From the NCBI GenBank assembly GCA_963765835.1, contig CAVXYF010000002.1, forward strand, positions 32,401-96,400: 64,000 nucleotides of DNA, written 5' to 3'. A model generated the notes under the pieces. That model had not been told where the DNA came from and searched no databases. It worked only from the letters and a program-made list of their open reading frames with translations. Below are positions 58,669-64,000 of the stretch, piece by piece; position 1 is the first letter of the stretch, and every line of letters starts with the position of its first letter. This stretch comes from an uncultured Acidobacteriota bacterium. GTDB taxonomy: Bacteria; Acidobacteriota; Thermoanaerobaculia; UBA5066; Gp7-AA6. Position numbers and translations under genes: made by a program.

Positions 58669-59267
58669 GGCCCCTGCGCTCCCCGGACGGAGGGTGCCCG
58701 CGCGAGCGCCACGAAGTTCGCGAGGAGGGTCTCGCCGGCAGGCGTCAGCACCGACTCGGGGTGGAACTGCACCCCGAACACCCTCCGGGTCCGGTGCGCT
58801 ATCGCCATGACCAGCCGGTCCGGAGTCCGCGCCGTGACAGAGAGCTCGGCCGGCAGTCCCGCTTCTCGCACGACCAGCGAATGGTACCGCCCCGCGTCGA
58901 ACGGATTCGTCATCCCGGCGAAGAGCGGCGACCCGTCGTGGAGGACGGGAGACGTCTTGCCGTGCTGCGGCCCCGGGGCCCGCTCGACGCAGCCGCCGTG
59001 CAGGGCCGCGATCGCCTGGTGACCCAGGCACACGCCGAGCAGTGGAACGTCCTCCCGCTCCGCGGCCGCGATCGTCTCGAGGGTCCGGCCCGCCCGCTCC
59101 GGCCGGCCGGGGCCCGGCGACACGACGATGGCCGCGGGGCGCCTCGCGACGATAGCGTCCGGATCGAACCGGTCGTTGCGCGCGACCTCCACGTCCGGAT
59201 CGAGCTTCGACAGCGCCTGGACGAGGTTCCAGGTGAACGAGTCGTAGTTGTCGACGACGAAGATCAC
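58665..59267 (-). CDS. trpG: Anthranilate synthase component II (glutamine amidotransferase)
   Basis: GVCLGHQ and FHPES triad motifs. Confidence 0.9.
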   Translation of the reverse strand: MIFVVDNYDSFTWNLVQALSKLDPDVEVARNDRFDPDAIVARRPAAIVVSPGPGRPERAGRTLETIAAAEREDVPLLGVCLGHQAIAALHGGCVERAPGPQHGKTSPVLHDGSPLFAGMTNPFDAGRYHSLVVREAGLPAELSVTARTPDRLVMAIAHRTRRVFGVQFHPESVLTPAGETLLANFVALARAPSVRGAQGP

Positions 59268-60688
59268 GGCGTCCCCCGCCCGATCTCCACCGCCCGGAAG
59301 AGAGCCTCCGCCTTCGACTCCGCCTCGCGGTACTCATTTTCAGCAACCGAGTCCGCGACGACGCCCGCACCCGCCTGGATCCGGCACATGCCCTTCTCGA
59401 CCACGGCGGTGCGGATGGCGATGGCCATGTCGAGGTTCCCGGAGCAATCGACGTAGCCGACCGCGCCGCCGTAGATGCCCCGCCGCGCCGATTCGAGCGC
59501 GTCGATCAACTCCATCGCCCGGATCTTCGGAGCGCCCGTGAGCGTTCCGGCCGGGAAGCAGGCGCCGAGTGCGTCGAGCGACCGCTTCCCCCGGGCGAGC
59601 GTCCCGCGGACCTCCGAGACGATGTGTTGCACGTGGGAGTAGCGCTCGACTTCGGCGCTCCGGGTGACGCGGACGGTCCCCGTCTCGCTGACGCGACCGA
59701 GGTCGTTGCGCCCGAGGTCGACCAGCATGACGTGCTCCGCGCGCTCCTTCGGATCGCGAAGGAGCCGGCCCGCCAGCTCGTCATCCTCTTCCCCGGTCTT
59801 CCCCCGGCGGATGGTCCCGGCGATCGGACGCGTCTCGACCGTGCGGCCCCGGCACCGCACCAGCATTTCGGGGGACGCCCCGAAGACGGCGGCCTCGCGC
59901 GTCTCCAGGTAGAAGAGGTACGGCGAGGGATTCAGAATTCGCAGCGCTCCGTAGACGTCGAGCGGGTCCGCGCCGAGCGTGCCGGTCCACCTCTGCGACA
60001 GGACGACCTGGTAAATCTCTCCCGCGAGGATCGCCTCCTTCGCGGTCGCGACCGCGGCGAGAAAGTTCTCTTTCGAGGTCGCGGGATCGAATCGGGAACC
60101 GGGTGACTCCGGAGTCGGTTCCGCCGGGGTATGGGCCCGGATGAGACTCTCCAGCCGGTCCAGGCGGACGTTCGCGGCGGCGCGCTCACCCTCCGGCGCC
60201 GTCGTCGTGACGATCAGCCGCCGGCGCAGGCGGTCGAACGCAACGGTGGAATCGAAGCGCAGAAAGAGCGCATCGGGCAGGTCTCCCTCTCGTGCGTGAC
60301 GGTCCGGGATGTCCTCGAGCAACCGGGCGGCGTCGTAACCGAGGTATCCCACGGCTCCCGCGCAAAGCGGAGGCAGGGCGGGGTCCGGCTCGAAGCCCTC
60401 GCGGACCGCGAACGCCTGGAGGGAGTCGAGGAGCGGCATACCGGAGTCTTCGCGCTTTCCGTCTCTCTCGACCTCGACCGTTCGGCCGCGCACCGTGAGT
60501 CGCGCGGAGGGGGCGACGCCCAGGAACGTGTAGCGCGCCATCGTCTCCCCGCCCTCCACGCTCTCGAGCAGAAAACACTCCTCGCCCGACCCCCGCAGCC
60601 TGCGAAAGAGGTCCATCGGGTCAGCGTCCCCCTCCGCGATCGTGCGCGAAATGGGGACGACGCGGCCAACCACCGGACGCTCGGTCAT
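59264..60688 (-). CDS. trpE: Anthranilate synthase component I
   Basis: Chorismate-binding-domain motifs (GAVGYV, GTLTGAPK). ATG at 60688 overlaps the upstream stop. Confidence 0.85.
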   Translation of the reverse strand: MTERPVVGRVVPISRTIAEGDADPMDLFRRLRGSGEECFLLESVEGGETMARYTFLGVAPSARLTVRGRTVEVERDGKREDSGMPLLDSLQAFAVREGFEPDPALPPLCAGAVGYLGYDAARLLEDIPDRHAREGDLPDALFLRFDSTVAFDRLRRRLIVTTTAPEGERAAANVRLDRLESLIRAHTPAEPTPESPGSRFDPATSKENFLAAVATAKEAILAGEIYQVVLSQRWTGTLGADPLDVYGALRILNPSPYLFYLETREAAVFGASPEMLVRCRGRTVETRPIAGTIRRGKTGEEDDELAGRLLRDPKERAEHVMLVDLGRNDLGRVSETGTVRVTRSAEVERYSHVQHIVSEVRGTLARGKRSLDALGACFPAGTLTGAPKIRAMELIDALESARRGIYGGAVGYVDCSGNLDMAIAIRTAVVEKGMCRIQAGAGVVADSVAENEYREAESKAEALFRAVEIGRGTP

Positions 60689-62160
60689 CGCGCCAGCGTC
60701 CGCAGGATTCCGCCGAGTTCCTCCCGCGTGACGCCCTCCACCCCGAAGAAGCCGGCCTGCAGGGCGGCTTGGACCGCGAACATTTCGAGTCCGTTGATGG
60801 TCGGGCAACCTGCCGCGCGGGCCGCGCGAATCGTCGCCGTCTCCCCGGTGTCGCGCCGGTACGCGCAGTCGAACACGAGCGGCCGACGCGAGAGAACGCT
60901 CGCGGGAATTGCGGGCGGATCGTCCGGCCGCCAGCCCGCAGGCGTGGCGTTCACGTACAGGTCCGCCTCCGTGGCTGCCACGTCGTCCCACGCGAGGGAG
61001 TCGACGCCGAACCGCGCCGCGAGCTCGTCTGCCGCCTCGTTGCGGCGGCCGCTCACCGCGACCTCGTAACCCAGCCGCCGAGCGGCGACGACGGCCGCGC
61101 GCGCCGCGCCGCCGCTTCCCAGGACGACGGCGGTCCGACCCTCTCCGGTGTCGTGGTCCGCGAGCGGCTCGAAGATCCCGTCCACGTCGGTGTTCTCGGC
61201 GCGCCAGCGGCGCCCGTCGAGGAAGAGCGTGTTGGACGCGCCGGTCGCCTTCACGTCCTCGCTCGGGGCTCCGACTGCGGCGGCCCGCGTCTTCCACGGC
61301 TGCGTCACCGAGAAGCCGCGAAAACGCGGCTCGAAATAGAGCTCGTGGGGACGGTCGCGCTCGAAGTCCGCGACGGGGAGGGGGAGGTAGAGGAACGGGA
61401 GGTCGCGCGACCGGAAGAGCGCGTTGTGGACGAACGGAGACAGAGAGCCGGCCGGCTCGGTCGCCACGATCCCGAAGAGCGCCTCCGGAGGCTGGCGCTC
61501 GTGCGTCCCGTACACGTCGAGGAGCTCCGAGAGGAGAGGCTGCCCCGCGGCCGTCGGGATACCGACCGCGCCGTAGACGAGCGCCGATCCGAACATCGCG
61601 GCGAGGATGCGCCCGGGGGCGCTCGCCGGACCCATCGGAAAAATCGCGGTGGCGCCGTCGGCCTGGCGTCGCTGGAGGTCCGCGAGGTCGAGGCTTCCTC
61701 GGAGATGCGCGGCGCCCCCCACGAGCTTCACCGCGAGCGGACGCGTCTCCCGCATGGCGGACAGGAGCGATTCCGGGTCGGCCGGAAGGGCGAAGGGGAA
61801 ATGCGCGGAGACGATGACGCGGGATCGGTCGACCAGGGCGCCGTCTCCCTCCAGGCCACTCCCGTGCTCGACGTCCACGATCGCGCCCGCGGCGAACGCC
61901 TCGATAATGAGCCGGCGGTATTCGTCCGCCGCGCCCTCGAAGTGCCCGCCCTCACGGACGCTGCGCCAGGTGACGATCGCCGGGCGCGGGTCGAGAGATA
62001 CGACCGCGGCCGCCGGAATCCGCTCCGCCGCGGCGTCCAGCCGGAACTCGATCGCCGACGCGCGCGCGGGAACTGACGCGACGAGCCGCTTTGCGTCCGC
62101 CAGGTCGCGCGGAGCGAGCGAGGCCACGTGCGCCGGAAGCGAAAGCCGTGTCTCCTTCAA
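60685..62160 (-). CDS. aroE: Fused type-I 3-dehydroquinate dehydratase / shikimate 5-dehydrogenase (AroD-AroE)
   Basis: The N-terminal domain is DHQase I; the C-terminal domain is shikimate DH with an NAD(P) Rossmann fold (AVVLGSGGAARA). The start is uncertain: TTG at 62160 or GTG at ~62127. Confidence 0.8.
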   Translation of the reverse strand: MKETRLSLPAHVASLAPRDLADAKRLVASVPARASAIEFRLDAAAERIPAAAVVSLDPRPAIVTWRSVREGGHFEGAADEYRRLIIEAFAAGAIVDVEHGSGLEGDGALVDRSRVIVSAHFPFALPADPESLLSAMRETRPLAVKLVGGAAHLRGSLDLADLQRRQADGATAIFPMGPASAPGRILAAMFGSALVYGAVGIPTAAGQPLLSELLDVYGTHERQPPEALFGIVATEPAGSLSPFVHNALFRSRDLPFLYLPLPVADFERDRPHELYFEPRFRGFSVTQPWKTRAAAVGAPSEDVKATGASNTLFLDGRRWRAENTDVDGIFEPLADHDTGEGRTAVVLGSGGAARAAVVAARRLGYEVAVSGRRNEAADELAARFGVDSLAWDDVAATEADLYVNATPAGWRPDDPPAIPASVLSRRPLVFDCAYRRDTGETATIRAARAAGCPTINGLEMFAVQAALQAGFFGVEGVTREELGGILRTLAR

Positions 62161-62193
62161 AACGAAAACCCCCGGATCCTTCCGGACCGGGGG
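62159..62193 (-). terminator. Rho-independent terminator downstream of cysS (minus strand)
   Basis: Minus strand reads CCCCCGGTCCGGAAGGATCCGGGGG followed by TTTTCGTTTT. Confidence 0.65.
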
Positions 62194-62321
62194 TCGCTTC
62201 GAATCGCTCGCCCTGGCCCGACGAATTCGCGGCAGGGTCGCAGTAGGCGGAGTTCCGACCCTACCGGGATCCCTCCCGCCAGCACCAGTTCGAGCGTCCG
62301 ATCATCCGGAAGCGAAACATA

Positions 62322-63722
62322 TCAAACGGATCCCGTTTTCTTCCAGCGGGTCCCGGCCGGCGTGTCCTCGAGGACGATTCCCCGGGCCGCCAGCTCGTCG
62401 CGAATGCGGTCCGACTCCGCGAAGTCCCGCCGCTTCCTCGCCGCGTTGCGCGCCGCGATCCGCTCCTCGACCTCCGCCGGCAGGACCTCCGGAGCGCGCG
62501 GCAGGACGCCCAGCACGGCGTCGGCCCCGCCGACTGCATCCCGTGCGACGCGCGCGCCGTCCGCGTCCAGCGATCCGTCGTCGATCGCGGCGTTGACCTC
62601 CCGCAGATAGTTGAAGAGGGCCCCCAGGGCCTCCGGCGTATTCAGGTCGTCGTCCAACGCCCCGCCGAACTTCCTCGCAAACTCGGCGGCCCGCTGGGCC
62701 GACGGAAATCCGCCGTCCTTCCGCGCGGTCCGGGTGACTTCGTCCAGGCGCATCGCAGCCGAGCGGATCCGGTCCACCGCGGCCGCCGCACCCGAGAGCG
62801 CCTCCCACGTGAAGTTGAGCTTCTTGCGGTAGGGAACGGAGAGGAACAGGTAACGCACCGCGGCCGCGTCGTCGCGCCGCGCCAGAACGTCGTCGAGCGT
62901 GTAGAAGTTTCCCTTCGACTTGGACATCTTTTCGCCGTCCACGATCAGGTGCTCGGCGTGCAGCCACACGTCCACGAACGGCTGGCCCGTCGCCCCCTCG
63001 CTCTGGGCGATCTCGTTCTCGTGGTGCGGAAAGATGTTGTCCACGGCTCCGGTGTGAATGTCGAAGTGCTCGCCCAGGTACTTCATGCTCATGGCGGAGC
63101 ACTCGATGTGCCACCCCGGTCGGCCCTTGCCCCACGGCGATGGCCAGGACGGTTCTCCGGGCTTGGCCGACTTCCACAGGGCGAAGTCCTTGACGTCCTC
63201 CTTCTCGTATTCGTCGTCCGCGACGCGGTCGCTCCGCCGGGTCTGCGACAGGTCGATCCCGGAGAGCTTTCCGTAGTCGGGGAAGGTCGCGATCCGGAAG
63301 TAGACGGAGCCCTCCGACTCGTACGTGTGGCCCCGCTCCTCCAGCCGGCGGATGAGGCCGATCATCTCGGGGACGTGGTCGGTCGCCTTCGGATAGTGCT
63401 CCGCGGGTTGCACACTCAATCGGCCGATGTCCCGGAAGAAGGCATCCTCATACTTCTGCGTGAACTCCGGAAGCGTGAGCCCTGCCTCGTGCGCTCCCCG
63501 GATGGTCTTGTCGTCCACGTCGGTCAGATTCATGACCTGGGTGACCCGCTCCCCGCGGGCGAGGAATCGCCGGCGCAGCACGTCCTCGAACACGAAGGTC
63601 CTCAGGTTGCCGATGTGAATGACGTTGTAGACCGTGGGTCCGCACGTGTAGAGCCGCACGTGTCCGGCCTCGATTGGGGAGAAGTCGACGACCTTCCGGC
63701 GGAGCGTGTTGTGGAGCTTCAC
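62322..63722 (-). CDS. cysS: Cysteine--tRNA ligase
   Basis: HIGN (HIGH-type) and KMSKS motifs, and a Zn-binding Cys. Confidence 0.9.
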   Translation of the reverse strand: MKLHNTLRRKVVDFSPIEAGHVRLYTCGPTVYNVIHIGNLRTFVFEDVLRRRFLARGERVTQVMNLTDVDDKTIRGAHEAGLTLPEFTQKYEDAFFRDIGRLSVQPAEHYPKATDHVPEMIGLIRRLEERGHTYESEGSVYFRIATFPDYGKLSGIDLSQTRRSDRVADDEYEKEDVKDFALWKSAKPGEPSWPSPWGKGRPGWHIECSAMSMKYLGEHFDIHTGAVDNIFPHHENEIAQSEGATGQPFVDVWLHAEHLIVDGEKMSKSKGNFYTLDDVLARRDDAAAVRYLFLSVPYRKKLNFTWEALSGAAAAVDRIRSAAMRLDEVTRTARKDGGFPSAQRAAEFARKFGGALDDDLNTPEALGALFNYLREVNAAIDDGSLDADGARVARDAVGGADAVLGVLPRAPEVLPAEVEERIAARNAARKRRDFAESDRIRDELAARGIVLEDTPAGTRWKKTGSV

Positions 63723-63726
63723 CGCG

Positions 63727-64000
63727 TTACCACAGCCCCCGCGCGCGACGCCGCTCGATCTTCTTCCACGTGAGCTCGCGCTTGAGACCGCGCAGGTGGT
63801 CCACGAAGAGAAGCCCGTTCAGGTGATCGGTCTCGTGGAGGAGCGCCCGGGCCAGCAGACCCGTGCCCTCGATCTCCCGGGGGCGCAGGCTCGCGTCGCC
63901 CGCGCTGACGACGACGCGGCTCGGGCGAACGACCTTCTCCGAGATGTCCGGAACCGACAGGCAACCCTCCTCCTCCTTCTGCTCGCCGGCGGTGGACAGG
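63727..64000 (-). CDS. def: Peptide deformylase (3' part only; the gene continues past the window end)
   Basis: The frame ending RARGLW* contains the HETDHLNG metal-binding motif (HExxH) of peptide deformylase. Confidence 0.6.
   Translation of the reverse strand, partial: LSTAGEQKEEEGCLSVPDISEKVVRPSRVVVSAGDASLRPREIEGTGLLARALLHETDHLNGLLFVDHLRGLKRELTWKKIERRRARGLW

Overview
This is a high-GC (~68-70%) bacterial chromosomal window that is densely coded; the lineage cannot be assigned from sequence alone.

Recognisable blocks, all of them established systems rather than new ones:
- Minus strand 185-6084: an assimilatory sulfate-reduction operon (cysH, fused sat-cysC, siroheme-synthesis genes, ferredoxin-sulfite reductase), with an intrinsic terminator immediately upstream of cysH.
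- 6353-10502: a large membrane Fe-S / TerB-like / HEAT / cNMP-binding protein next to a secreted di-haem protein.
- 10679-15060: a decayed integrative element at tRNA-Leu(CAG), with a duplicated tRNA 5' half, a fragmented tyrosine integrase, and a tandem 180-bp repeat array in which each unit ends with the tRNA 3' end.
- Minus strand 17637-22123: an ACP / FabD / FabG / FabZ-like / NodB-deacetylase / GT2 acyl-glycan cluster.
- Plus strand 22228-34845: a Rex operator, a NADH dehydrogenase operon (nuoA-E-F-G-H-J-K-L-M-N) with no nuoB, C, D or I, then rex and gdh.
- 39100-43200: a lower-GC patch with duplicated sigma-region-2-like / TPR-like gene pairs.
- 44677-47648: a RecB-nuclease / XPD-DinG helicase fusion followed by a NUDIX gene.
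- Minus strand 54182-62160: an aroDE-trpEGDCFBA operon, followed upstream by cysS and the 3' end of def.

Two genes (nuoE and an amidase) carry multiple frameshifts at G/C homopolymer runs. These are either local sequencing errors or pseudogenisation.

The candidates most worth a second look as possibly undescribed systems are the nuclease-helicase plus NUDIX pair, the membrane Fe-S/TerB/HEAT/cNMP protein with its di-haem neighbour, the duplicated sigma-like/TPR modules, the dedicated-ACP acyl-glycan cluster, and the tRNA-end tandem repeat array.
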